Origin: a virus
Virus record (IMG/VR): IMGVR_UViG_3300008448_000004
Span: 32,001 to 96,000 of that record
DNA: 64,000 nt
Direction: 5' to 3' (one strand)
This document shows, piece by piece, positions 1 to 8,526 of this stretch; position 1 is the stretch's first letter, and each line of letters begins with the position of its first letter. The translations under genes and the position numbers were made by a program. The notes beneath the pieces were generated by a model. That model worked only from the letters and a program-made list of their open reading frames with translations. It did not search any database and was not told the origin of the DNA.

Positions 1-108
1 AAGAATAGAATTCTCAAGCTTTAAATCTTGAATCTGTCCATGTTGCATAAAGGAATAAATTCCTAGACCAACAATAACAAGAACTAAAATTGCAACTAGC
101 ATAACCAT
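1..108 (-). CDS. Partial membrane protein (N-terminus; runs off window start)
   Basis: Own translation MVMLVAILVLVIVGLGIYSFMQHGQIQDLKLENSIL..., hydrophobic N-terminus, no stop before position 1. Confidence 0.5.
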   Translation of the reverse strand, partial: MVMLVAILVLVIVGLGIYSFMQHGQIQDLKLENSIL

Positions 109-214
109 TGATTTAACTAAAGATAGTAACTTAGCTTCTAACCCCAAACTCTTTACAGATCGTCATGAAGAAGGTTTCCCGCGCGAGATAGCCTACTTTA
201 TTTATATATTGATA

Positions 215-553
215 TCACTTCCAATATATGTTAATCAAGATAATGATCAAGGAAAGTGTAATACAGATACCGGTCTTTACAGTAACCGGTTCACGGAAAA
301 TGATCCAAGACATAACCGAAAACGTAATCACTCCCACTCCTTGTCCGATTAATCTCCCTTGCCAAGTAGCTCCAAAGTAGGCATTAATCAATTCAGTATA
401 CTTGACAAGTAAAAAGCCAATCGGTATACTAACTATGGCTAGAACCCAATAAGACCCCTTTAGAATGGGAAATTTAGATGACCCTTGTAATTGAAGATAA
501 GATATGACCTGGGCGATGGTCACCAAGAGGAGCGGGTATAAAAGCTTTATCAT
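215..553 (-). CDS. Small multi-pass membrane protein (SMR/DMT-like)
   Basis: 112 aa, about 4 hydrophobic segments, C-terminal ..FREPVT.. resembling DMT-superfamily proteins. Confidence 0.5.
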   Translation of the reverse strand: MIKLLYPLLLVTIAQVISYLQLQGSSKFPILKGSYWVLAIVSIPIGFLLVKYTELINAYFGATWQGRLIGQGVGVITFSVMSWIIFREPVTVKTGICITLSLIIILINIYWK

Positions 554-765
554 ATGTATTCGATTAAAAGTTCTTCGGAGGGTAAAAGACGCTGGAGACC
601 TAAAAACTTGTCCGGATGATCAAAGGGCTTGGCTTGAGATTGGTCCATAGTCCAAACCGGTCGACCGCCTTTCTCCAAACCGAGAAAAAACCCGTATTGG
701 CTAAAGATCACAAACTCCCCCTTCCCGACCTCTCCATTAGTATTAGACGATACTCTTCGAGCCAT
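550..765 (-). CDS. Hypothetical protein
   Basis: 71 aa ORF, 4-nt overlap with the next gene. Confidence 0.6.
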   Translation of the reverse strand: MARRVSSNTNGEVGKGEFVIFSQYGFFLGLEKGGRPVWTMDQSQAKPFDHPDKFLGLQRLLPSEELLIEYI

Positions 766-799
766 AATAGGAAGTTAAAAAGTTTACCAAACATATTGA

Positions 800-1123
800 T
801 TACTTGTAATTAGGTTCTACTAATGATCCATCTGCTTGCCTGGAAGCAAAATCTATCCAATAGGCTACATCTTCGGGTAGACAATGGCCTTTAACTGTAT
901 CACCGCCCGGAAACTCAAACCAATTATTCTCTCCATCCCAAATAGCTATTTCGGCCGTAGGACAAGAGTAGATCGGATCACGTTTAATCCAATCAAGAGG
1001 ATCGATATCGGTTCTATTAAGAGAATGGTTATCACAATAGTTACTCGTACCCCACTGTACGGATATAGTCCAACCATTGACAAAACTGATCTGAAAGCCT
1101 TTATTAAATGTAGATTTGAACAT
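800..1123 (-). CDS. Hypothetical phage protein
   Basis: 107 aa ORF with A-rich leader, co-oriented with neighbours. Confidence 0.65.
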   Translation of the reverse strand: MFKSTFNKGFQISFVNGWTISVQWGTSNYCDNHSLNRTDIDPLDWIKRDPIYSCPTAEIAIWDGENNWFEFPGGDTVKGHCLPEDVAYWIDFASRQADGSLVEPNYK

Positions 1124-1412
1124 AACTGAAATATTTATATATTTTACTTAATAGAATTTTTTCTTGGAATCTTGCGAGGCAAGTAACGTGAACTGATTGA
1201 TAAAAAGTAAGATAGGAATATATATTCCCTTAAGTGGTAGGATTTAGAATTCCTTGCAGAGCTATCAAGCCCTTCGGGCTCCTAGTGTACTGCCTATGGG
1301 CTGTAATTACGTTGGTGTCAGACTGACAGCAGACTGCTCTTGACCGGGGGTAGGGTGCGGGCAGGCCACTCCTACATGACCACCCGCTAACCCACGGCTC
1401 CTGTGAGGGATA

Positions 1413-1637
1413 TTAGGCGTTCATAGAGGCCAGCTTAGTAGCTAGTGTCTCACGGCGATACGCCATACGATAAGCAGTATTGGTGATAGTGTCGTTGAAA
1501 CGACGGCCAGCCAGTACATTGCTTACATGCGATGCAGAATAGTTCAACTCGCTTGCGATGTTAACGATGTCGCCACGCTTACGGCGTTGAGCTACCTTTA
1601 CCAGTTTAAATACCGGTGTCAATTTTTGGAATGCCAT
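1413..1637 (-). CDS. Small basic DNA-binding protein (HTH-like)
   Basis: 74 aa, Arg/Lys-rich, IASELNYSASHVSNVLAG resembles a helix-turn-helix. Confidence 0.55.
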   Translation of the reverse strand: MAFQKLTPVFKLVKVAQRRKRGDIVNIASELNYSASHVSNVLAGRRFNDTITNTAYRMAYRRETLATKLASMNA

Positions 1638-1728
1638 GTTAAATGGTTTTGTTGTTAGTGAATATAAATAAAAGATTTCTATTGTCTTATCTATATAAGG
1701 TAAGGACTTTATCTCTGACTACATACTC

Positions 1729-1992
1729 TTACCAGATCGAACCATCGAGTTCATTTGTATCACCATCCTCCAGGTTACCATCTTCATCGTATACATCTCT
1801 ATCATCAGCAGCATCCATAGAGGCGATCAGGTAATCTAGCTCAGTAAGCTCCTCTTGGAGGCCATATTGGATATCATTCCAATGATCGGATTCGGACTTA
1901 GATAGTTCTAGCTCATAGATCTCATCAGTGAGTTGAGCAATAAGGTCTACTAGTTCTTCTTTTAAGGTCTTAATTGTTTCTGTTCTTGACAT
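1729..1992 (-). CDS. Highly acidic hypothetical protein
   Basis: 87 aa, strongly Asp/Glu-rich, coiled-coil-like. Confidence 0.6.
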   Translation of the reverse strand: MSRTETIKTLKEELVDLIAQLTDEIYELELSKSESDHWNDIQYGLQEELTELDYLIASMDAADDRDVYDEDGNLEDGDTNELDGSIW

Positions 1993-2023
1993 AGTGATTA
2001 GTTAAAGAGTGATGAAAGAAAGT

Positions 2024-2062
2024 GGAGGGGGACCGGCCCGAAATGCCGGCCCTGCGACCTCC
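2024..2062 (-). terminator. GC-rich hairpin after the DUF932 gene, probable terminator or stabilising hairpin
   Basis: Minus strand GGAGG..GGCCGGC ATTTCGG GCCGGTC CCCTCC then ACTTTCTTT. Confidence 0.45.
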
Positions 2063-2076
2063 TATTTATCAATCAA

Positions 2077-2910
2077 TCAAACAAACTGCTCAGTTAATGC
2101 CCAGAGCTTCTGGTTCAGCTCAAGGTCTTTCAGCATATTAGTAATCTTACGCACCTTACGTGCACCGCCATTAGCGGTTGTAGTCTCAAAGCCACCTCCT
2201 ACGAGATGCTCTTGAACACGATTGAATACTTTCCAGAGAGTATTACCATCATCCTCTTTACGAGTAGACTGGAGTATCTGACGTACCTCATCATCGGTAC
2301 ACTCTCTTTCTTCACCCATACGGGTCTGCAAGGCTTGCTTAGCGAACTCGGTCTGCTCTTTAGCAGTCATTACCTTCTCAGACAAGACGTTAATCTTCTG
2401 AGTTACTTGAGGTAGAGCGGCCACGGCATCGTTAACCAGCTTCTTAAGCTCATCAAAGGAATAACCTAAGTGACGCATTACAAATGAACCCATATCTTTA
2501 TCCTTAACTACAAGGCCGTTTGAACATACAAGGCGGAATACTCCGATCTCGAATTTAAACTTACCCCAACCTCTGTGGTTGTTCATGATAACGATCTGAG
2601 GATAGGCCTCGATACCACCGTTAGCATCTTGGATGAAGATGGACGGGTTAAAGAACTTGACCAGATGTTTACCATACTTGGTCTGTACTTGATCGGAAGA
2701 CTTCATTGCCTTAGCATCACATACCTCCCAACCGAGGGTCTTCATATCCTCGATGATCTGATAGGTAGGGATGAAGGTATACTTCTTCGAAGTCTTATCG
2801 TAAGGCTCCTGGGTGTAGACCTGAGGTGCTGCTTCACGGATCTGATCGGCAGACATTACGGTCAATGATTTGAACTTAGCTGTTTTCTGTTCCTGTGTAG
2901 GTGTAGACAT
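2077..2910 (-). CDS. DUF932/DUF945-family protein
   Basis: 277 aa; YTFIPTYQIIE, NNHRG, GVFRLVCSNGL, LWKVFNRVQE and N..LW motifs typical of the family. Confidence 0.85.
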   Translation of the reverse strand: MSTPTQEQKTAKFKSLTVMSADQIREAAPQVYTQEPYDKTSKKYTFIPTYQIIEDMKTLGWEVCDAKAMKSSDQVQTKYGKHLVKFFNPSIFIQDANGGIEAYPQIVIMNNHRGWGKFKFEIGVFRLVCSNGLVVKDKDMGSFVMRHLGYSFDELKKLVNDAVAALPQVTQKINVLSEKVMTAKEQTEFAKQALQTRMGEERECTDDEVRQILQSTRKEDDGNTLWKVFNRVQEHLVGGGFETTTANGGARKVRKITNMLKDLELNQKLWALTEQFV

Positions 2911-2938
2911 AACTTTTATTTTTTTTATTTGATTTATA

Positions 2939-2970
2939 TAAAGATAAGAACTTTATTTCATACTAGCAAC
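2939..2970 (-). promoter_or_regulatory. Bacteroidota sigma70-type promoter
   Basis: GTTG-N20-TATCTTTA about 30 nt upstream of the ATG at 2910. Confidence 0.8.
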
Positions 2971-2976
2971 TTTATT

Positions 2977-3306
2977 TTAGAAGCAGATAGAATCTCTTTC
3001 GGCCCAATCCTGCTCCTCAAGCTTTTCAATAGCACTGGCCAGACCGGGGTACCACTTAGCTGTATAAGCCTCGTAGGAGAGCTCTTTTTCATCCTTCATC
3101 ATATTACGAGAAGGAATGTAGATACAATCGCCATTAGAAGCTGACATCGATACCTGACAGTCAGGCATCATATCGGCCATCGCCTCAGCATTAGCAACCA
3201 TGACATCAGCATTATAGTCCTGGATTGTGATCCCATCTCCATTATCGATTTCGATAACATCGGTGAGCTGATTGATTACTTTGATCTTGATTGATACTAC
3301 TGACAT
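2977..3306 (-). CDS. Hypothetical early protein
   Basis: 109 aa ORF directly downstream of its own promoter. Confidence 0.7.
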   Translation of the reverse strand: MSVVSIKIKVINQLTDVIEIDNGDGITIQDYNADVMVANAEAMADMMPDCQVSMSASNGDCIYIPSRNMMKDEKELSYEAYTAKWYPGLASAIEKLEEQDWAERDSICF

Positions 3307-3327
3307 ATGATTGATGATTGATATAAC

Positions 3328-3359
3328 TAAAGATAGGAACTATTTCTCAGACTAGCAAC
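3328..3359 (-). promoter_or_regulatory. Bacteroidota sigma70-type promoter
   Basis: GTTGCTAGTCTGAGAAATAGTTCC TATCTTTA (GTTG-N20-box). Confidence 0.85.
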
Positions 3360-3366
3360 TTTATTT

Positions 3367-3480
3367 TTAAAGCCTTACATCTTTTTCTGGCTTCATAAAC
3401 CTAGCCGCTACCAAGATACTTATACAAACTACCATTGCCAGACCGGCCTCCTGAAACATCTCTTTTAAAATCTCTATCAT
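3367..3480 (-). CDS. Small membrane peptide (37 aa, not in ORF track)
   Basis: MIEILKEMFQEAGLAMVVCISILVAARFMKPEKDVRL*, fills the gap between two promoters. Confidence 0.5.
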   Translation of the reverse strand: MIEILKEMFQEAGLAMVVCISILVAARFMKPEKDVRL

Positions 3481-3500
3481 ATTATTTGATTGACTATACA

Positions 3501-3532
3501 TAAAGGTAGATACTTTCTTTCAGACTAGCAAC
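3501..3532 (-). promoter_or_regulatory. Bacteroidota sigma70-type promoter
   Basis: GTTGCTAGTCTGAAAG.. N20 .. TACCTTTA. Confidence 0.8.
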
Positions 3533-3540
3533 TTTATTTA

Positions 3541-3618
3541 TAACTCATTGATTATCAATCGATTCGATATAGCCGGAATAAATATATATTTGCTAACTAA
3601 TTGATTCTGAAGGAGTTA
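3541..3618. repeat. Two degenerate copies of the 25-bp TAACTCATTG-N5-CAATRAGTTA palindrome
   Basis: TAACTCATTGATTATCAATCGATTC (3541-3565) and TAACTAATTGATTCTGAAGGAGTTA (3594-3618). Confidence 0.6.
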
Positions 3619-3799
3619 TCCCGCGCGGGGGAGTATCTTCTTTCCTATCCCAACACATTTCTCTATATTTTTATACACACAATCTAGATCCTAATCTATA
3701 TTCTATTACCTTATTAGCCTTTCATCTCCCCTGTCTTATTTTCTCTATATCTTTTATACACATTCTACTTTGCTTTAAATCTCCCTTATCTAATAGGGT

Positions 3800-4420
3800 C
3801 TAGAAGGGGTTTCTCGGTATGGGGACCGAATAGTATCTATCCAGCCACGTCCATACATCTTCAGCATCGGTAAACGGTCCTCCGAATACCGGATAGTTAT
3901 CTGCCATATATTCTTCTTCTATCTCTTTCCATCCTCTTTGATTATCAAATAGCCGTTCTCTTTCAAAGTGTATTCCTTCTATGAATCCTGATACCCATAT
4001 ATCTTCATCTGTATAATTTGGAAACAGGCCTTCATCTGGGATTCTATCTATGGCCTCTTTTCTTAATATGGTTTCTTGATACTTGGCAGCCGCCTTGACT
4101 AGTTCTTGACTTGGGGGAGGAGGTTCTTCTATCGCTTTTATCAATATATCTAGATCCTCTTTTGAATAAGATTCAACAGAAGGTAGTCCCGAATACTCAC
4201 AAGTATCTGTCTTATTATATGTTTCGTTGTAGTATTGTTCTCCATTTTCATTTGGTGGCAATATATTTTTGCCATTATTATGTGCCTCTATTATCTGCTC
4301 TTTCTCCATCTCTTTTGCTCTCTCTACTACTTCTAGCCATTCTCTACCTGTTAACTTTTCTTGATTCTCTTTACTCGATATCTGGTCTATCAACCAATTT
4401 ACTGCTGTTTGTTGTGCCAT
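3800..4420 (-). CDS. Hypothetical protein (TAVxWL..AKEMEKEQI family)
   Basis: N-terminal half is similar to the adjacent 4424-4627 ORF. Confidence 0.7.
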   Translation of the reverse strand: MAQQTAVNWLIDQISSKENQEKLTGREWLEVVERAKEMEKEQIIEAHNNGKNILPPNENGEQYYNETYNKTDTCEYSGLPSVESYSKEDLDILIKAIEEPPPPSQELVKAAAKYQETILRKEAIDRIPDEGLFPNYTDEDIWVSGFIEGIHFERERLFDNQRGWKEIEEEYMADNYPVFGGPFTDAEDVWTWLDRYYSVPIPRNPF

Positions 4421-4423
4421 AGT

Positions 4424-4627
4424 TTATTTGTTATATGTTTCTTTATAAAAAATTTCTGCTTCAATTAAAGCATCTTTTTTATCAATGTCTACTGTGCCAT
4501 TCCAATAAGCATCCATTATCTGCTCCTTCTCCATTTGTTTGGCATGATAAAACAAGTGAGCTTTTTCTAATCTATGCTCAAGAGGTAATCTTTGAAGTTC
4601 TGCAATCAACCATTCTACTGCTGTCAT
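4424..4627 (-). CDS. Hypothetical protein (TAVEWL..AKQMEKEQI family)
   Basis: 67 aa paralog of the 3800-4420 N-terminus. Confidence 0.7.
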   Translation of the reverse strand: MTAVEWLIAELQRLPLEHRLEKAHLFYHAKQMEKEQIMDAYWNGTVDIDKKDALIEAEIFYKETYNK

Positions 4628-4628
4628 T

Positions 4629-4763
4629 TTATTCTGATTTAGAAGTTAAATACCCTGTTACAAATCCATTAATCCACATCTGCTTGTCTGTCTCATTACA
4701 TCCATGACATCCTTCCCACATGCTTTCAGCTAGTTGTTTAATTTCTTCTAATGTTTGTGCCAT
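4629..4763 (-). CDS. Small hypothetical protein (44 aa, not in ORF track)
   Basis: MAQTLEEIKQLAESMWEGCHGCNETDKQMWINGFVTGYLTSKSE*, fills an operon gap exactly. Confidence 0.6.
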   Translation of the reverse strand: MAQTLEEIKQLAESMWEGCHGCNETDKQMWINGFVTGYLTSKSE

Positions 4764-4776
4764 AGTTATTTGTTTT

Positions 4777-5019
4777 TTAACTCAATAATTCATCCATCGA
4801 TACCCCATGCTTATTTAATATCTGATAGAACTCCTCTCTTGCTCGGTCTAAAGCATCATAAGCTTCCTGGGTTAGATCTTCGTTATACTTTGTCTGCGAT
4901 CTTAGATACTGATCTACATCCCATAACGCTAGCACGATATCCAATGCCTTAACCGCTCTTAAATGTCCCTGACGGTCATCGGGTTCGTTTAAATCGAATT
5001 CAAGTATTCCTTTTGCCAT
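4777..5019 (-). CDS. Hypothetical phage protein
   Basis: 80 aa, tightly packed in operon. Confidence 0.65.
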   Translation of the reverse strand: MAKGILEFDLNEPDDRQGHLRAVKALDIVLALWDVDQYLRSQTKYNEDLTQEAYDALDRAREEFYQILNKHGVSMDELLS

Positions 5020-5020
5020 A

Positions 5021-5287
5021 TTATTTGTTATTTGTTATTTTCTTAATCATAAACTGTATTAGCTTTACTAATAGGATTACCGCCCCTACCCTGCCTACGA
5101 TCTCGCCCGGTTCCATCTCCTGGGTCTCGTCTGATATCAAAATCCATGTCACTCCTACCACTATCGATAATCCGTAGACATTAAATAGAATAGCTAAAGG
5201 AAGAGCAATTATGATACCTATCCATTCGGCTATCTTCAATAGTACTATTTCTAATAAGCTTTCACCACCGGGTCTATATTTTTTCAT
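5021..5287 (-). CDS. Small membrane protein
   Basis: 88 aa with 2-3 hydrophobic segments. Confidence 0.6.
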   Translation of the reverse strand: MKKYRPGGESLLEIVLLKIAEWIGIIIALPLAILFNVYGLSIVVGVTWILISDETQEMEPGEIVGRVGAVILLVKLIQFMIKKITNNK

Positions 5288-5398
5288 CGATCTACTTTAT
5301 ACTTTTTCAAGCTAGGAACGAGAGCCGGGCGGCCGGCGCTATTTTTTCTCGCGCGCGTCACCGTCTTGGGATCGAGATCGGCGCCCCCTTTCTGCTTA

Positions 5399-5653
5399 CT
5401 AGTAGTGTACGGGTTCATAAGTCATTTCAAAAATATCTGGCTTGCAAGGATAGATCTCACCTTTAACGCCTTTTATTACCCAATCTCCTTTGTCTGCTTT
5501 CATTACTCCTTCTAGAGTTGCAATATACAGGCCTTCTTCTGAATTGTTAATTCCTAATCCATCTCCTTTCATCTCTATAATCTGCTTGACTGATTCTGGA
5601 TCTGTGTACTGAATTGCTTCTACGAAAACTTGTTTCTTTTGAAAAATTGGCAT
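5399..5653 (-). CDS. Conserved phage protein (PGDYG-like)
   Basis: IATLEGVMKADKGDWVIKGVKGEIYPCKPDIFEMTYE matches this common phage family. Confidence 0.7.
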   Translation of the reverse strand: MPIFQKKQVFVEAIQYTDPESVKQIIEMKGDGLGINNSEEGLYIATLEGVMKADKGDWVIKGVKGEIYPCKPDIFEMTYEPVHY

Positions 5654-5656
5654 ACT

Positions 5657-6211
5657 TTATAGTTTTACTTTTATATTATCTGATTCTGCAGTCCATAAAT
5701 GAACGCTTGAATCAACTGTTATATCGCTTCTGTTCGGATCTCTTTTCCAAAACTCATGTCTAATTACTTGAATGATATCAAATGCCACCCTGCATGATTC
5801 ATCTACACTTGGATTGTGTATACCGTAAGAAGCGTTGTGACTCATCATATCACTGAGAAGCATATTCCTTCCCATGCATAATGTTCTCACACCAGCATCA
5901 CGAATGAGATGAAACTTTTCATAATCAATAGATAATTTAACTTGATCTTTAGGAAACCATCTAAGTTCTTCTTTAGCTCCCCACCATCCTTTGGTCTGTA
6001 TCCTATTCTTAGTCACCTTAACTACTTCGCCTTGCTCTGTTCTGTCCCCAATCTCTATAGGCTTCTTAGGTCTGAGCTTCTCTCTTAACACACCTTCGTA
6101 GGTTGGGTGATCTTTGATAACGTCCATCTGTCCTATGCCTACTCTTGAATAGAAGTCTAAAGCTTTTTGAATAAGGCGTAATTGTTCTTCTGTAACCTCT
6201 AATGTTGCCAT
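5657..6211 (-). CDS. Hypothetical protein
   Basis: 184 aa ORF. Confidence 0.7.
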   Translation of the reverse strand: MATLEVTEEQLRLIQKALDFYSRVGIGQMDVIKDHPTYEGVLREKLRPKKPIEIGDRTEQGEVVKVTKNRIQTKGWWGAKEELRWFPKDQVKLSIDYEKFHLIRDAGVRTLCMGRNMLLSDMMSHNASYGIHNPSVDESCRVAFDIIQVIRHEFWKRDPNRSDITVDSSVHLWTAESDNIKVKL

Positions 6212-6279
6212 CTTGTAGTTTGTTTGTTCATTCTAAATATAGTAAATAAACTTCTAATAAACTACTCTATAAGGTTCAT

Positions 6280-6306
6280 AAAAAAGCCGGCTACTAAGGC
6301 CGGCTC
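6280..6306 (-). terminator. Intrinsic terminator
   Basis: Minus strand AGCCGGC CTTAGTA GCCGGCT followed by a T-run. Confidence 0.8.
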
Positions 6307-6329
6307 TTATATGGCATGCAAGGGGTAAT

Positions 6330-6602
6330 CTAAATCGTCTGGTTAATTATAATATGGAGCTCTTCTTTATCTAGTCCGGCTTTATGGGCCGCTAGTACTG
6401 CTTCTTCGAATTCTAAGCGAGGGAAGCTATCTTCAGCTAGAAAATCCATCATCTCAGCATCTACCTCTGCTTCATCTTCCATTACCGGGATCTCTGTTCT
6501 CTGCCCATCTAAAGGTGAGCCAGCATCATCCCAGCATTCGAAACATTCTCTTGATTCGTTTATACCTGCTAGCTTCTGGAGTCTTTTTATTTCGCTTTTC
6601 AT
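6330..6602 (-). CDS. Acidic protein with RLQKLAGINE N-terminal motif (possible internal head protein)
   Basis: Probable start MKSEIK at 6602; motif shared with the neighbouring gene. Confidence 0.55.
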   Translation of the reverse strand: MKSEIKRLQKLAGINESRECFECWDDAGSPLDGQRTEIPVMEDEAEVDAEMMDFLAEDSFPRLEFEEAVLAAHKAGLDKEELHIIINQTI

Positions 6603-6613
6603 TCTTGTTTGTT

Positions 6614-7129
6614 TTAACGTCTGCAATAATGATCAGCAACTTGGTCTCTATTTCCTTCGTCATCTACACGGTAACATTTTCCATCATTACCTCTCATATA
6701 GATTACTTCATATTCATCTAGAACAGCTGATGATTCGTCTCCGGGTATTGCTGTTTCTACTCCTTTCTCATCTGTATCCGGATAGTCTGTTACTGCTTGA
6801 TCTTCTTCTATATCGTCTTCACCTCCTTCAGCAGCAGCTACTAAACTTAAGAATTCTTTATCCTGTAGCATAGCTGGGTTGTGAATATCTAGAGTAGCCA
6901 TTGTATCATCTCCATATTCAACCCATTCTACAGCATCAACTCCTTCTCCACCATCCCATTCGTGCTGGCCTACTACTTTATACTTAGATCTAATGTAATC
7001 AGATACTGCTTGTATAGCATCTAGATCATATCCAAAAAAGAAAGATTTAATTGGTTCTTTTTCCTCATTTAAAGAACGGATTCCAGCTAATTGTTGCATT
7101 CTAGCTGCTTCGTTAACGTATTGTTTCAT
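6614..7129 (-). CDS. Acidic protein with RMQQLAGI..LNE motif (possible internal head protein)
   Basis: 171 aa, very acidic, same N-terminal motif as the neighbour. Confidence 0.55.
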   Translation of the reverse strand: MKQYVNEAARMQQLAGIRSLNEEKEPIKSFFFGYDLDAIQAVSDYIRSKYKVVGQHEWDGGEGVDAVEWVEYGDDTMATLDIHNPAMLQDKEFLSLVAAAEGGEDDIEEDQAVTDYPDTDEKGVETAIPGDESSAVLDEYEVIYMRGNDGKCYRVDDEGNRDQVADHYCRR

Positions 7130-7232
7130 ATATATTGTTTTAAAATTTCGTGATTTGCTTTTATTCTCTTGTCATTTTTTAACCCAGACTTCCTACTTTT
7201 CATAGGTTTGGGTTTAGGTTTTCTTCTTGCCA

Positions 7233-7535
7233 TTATGGTACTAAACTAAAATGTATACGATCTGTGTCTATAAAACGAGACATAACATTGATCATAACGC
7301 TATCTATAGTAGATATATCAGGAAGAAGAGAAACGTTAACAGTCTGTTCAGTAGCTTCTACAGTCTGTACTAGATTACCGTTAAAGTAAAAGAATACAAC
7401 ACAGACCCAAGTGAATGTAGTTTGTGCTTGATTTGTATGACGGGTAATAAATCCTACGCGGTCTGTTCTTTCATACTCCTGTAAGATACTGCCAAACTTT
7501 TCTGCTTCTGTCCTAATTGCTTGAGTAATTGTCAT
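7233..7535 (-). CDS. Hypothetical protein
   Basis: 100 aa ORF, CTATTTATA motif just upstream. Confidence 0.6.
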   Translation of the reverse strand: MTITQAIRTEAEKFGSILQEYERTDRVGFITRHTNQAQTTFTWVCVVFFYFNGNLVQTVEATEQTVNVSLLPDISTIDSVMINVMSRFIDTDRIHFSLVP

Positions 7536-7549
7536 GTCTATAAATAGTG

Positions 7550-8152
7550 TTAAAATTTTACAAAACTACAAAAAAGATTCTTAGATTGCTGCCAAGACTT
7601 AGTCGGTTTAGCATTTAAGAAATAATAGCACTCTTTCTTCTTAGAGATCTCCCAAAATATATGTTTATGAAAAGCAGTTGGTATAGTAGCACCGGCTGGT
7701 ACTCTTGTATTAGATTTAAACTCTAATATTATTTTGATCGTAAGCGGCTCTCTATCATCCCAAATTCTTTCTTGCTGTTCTAATAGTCTCCACTCTCCTC
7801 TATTCAAATCCTGTTGCTGTAGAGCACTATTAAGATAAGAAAAGGTCTGGTAGAGGTTCTCCATACTATCCGAAAAGGTAGCAGCGGGAGCTAGGTGTCC
7901 TTTATCCCAAGGATTACTATAATAGTCTTGTCCGTCTGATGTATGTATATCTCTCTCGGTGTGAAAGTCCATCGTACCTCTATTAACTTTAGTCTGTCTG
8001 TTTGTTGATCTGTATATCAACCATTTTGGTTGTTCTAAAACTTCGGAGTAAACTACTTCAAAGATTTTATTCTTCACGTAAACTGAATCGCGGTTCTGTG
8101 CTTGTGCTGATAAGCTGAAGCTAAATAGTACTAGTAGGAAAATGTTCTTCAT
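7550..8152 (-). CDS. Secreted DNA/RNA non-specific endonuclease (NucA/Serratia family)
   Basis: Signal peptide (..SAQAQ), DKGHLAPA active-site motif, N-rich LNRGEWRLLE helix. Confidence 0.85.
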   Translation of the reverse strand: MKNIFLLVLFSFSLSAQAQNRDSVYVKNKIFEVVYSEVLEQPKWLIYRSTNRQTKVNRGTMDFHTERDIHTSDGQDYYSNPWDKGHLAPAATFSDSMENLYQTFSYLNSALQQQDLNRGEWRLLEQQERIWDDREPLTIKIILEFKSNTRVPAGATIPTAFHKHIFWEISKKKECYYFLNAKPTKSWQQSKNLFCSFVKF

Positions 8153-8172
8153 TCCTTTTGATATAAATAGCT

Positions 8173-8523
8173 TTACTCAGCATATTTACCGTCATCTATA
8201 TCTTTCAATACCTGTTTAATATGTTTACAATGTGATCGTCCTCCTCCAAAGGTAAACGCTTCACAACTACAAGACCATTTCTCATTTGAGTATCTAACAT
8301 CATATACTTTTCCTTTTGATCCAGGTACTTCAAAATCCATCTCTATATCTAGAGCAGGGTTTCTTTTCTGACCGTAATGCTTTCTAAACCAGAGTAGATC
8401 CTTATAGGTAGTCTCCATCGGAACTTCCTCCCACTTACCCTCGACGATCAGATACTTCTTGCCAGGCTCTTGAATTGATTCGAAGAGCACTGGCGGCATC
8501 ATACTGTGTATTATCCTAGGCAT
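8173..8523 (-). CDS. SWIM zinc-finger protein
   Basis: WSCSCEAF..RSHCKHI is a CxC-n-CxH SWIM motif. Confidence 0.75.
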   Translation of the reverse strand: MPRIIHSMMPPVLFESIQEPGKKYLIVEGKWEEVPMETTYKDLLWFRKHYGQKRNPALDIEMDFEVPGSKGKVYDVRYSNEKWSCSCEAFTFGGGRSHCKHIKQVLKDIDDGKYAE

Positions 8524-8526
8524 GTA

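Noticed and set aside
3655-3765. ~22-bp imperfect direct repeat TTCTCTATAT(C/T)TTTTATACACA in a pyrimidine-rich spacer
   Set aside because: Only two low-complexity copies, with no supportable function
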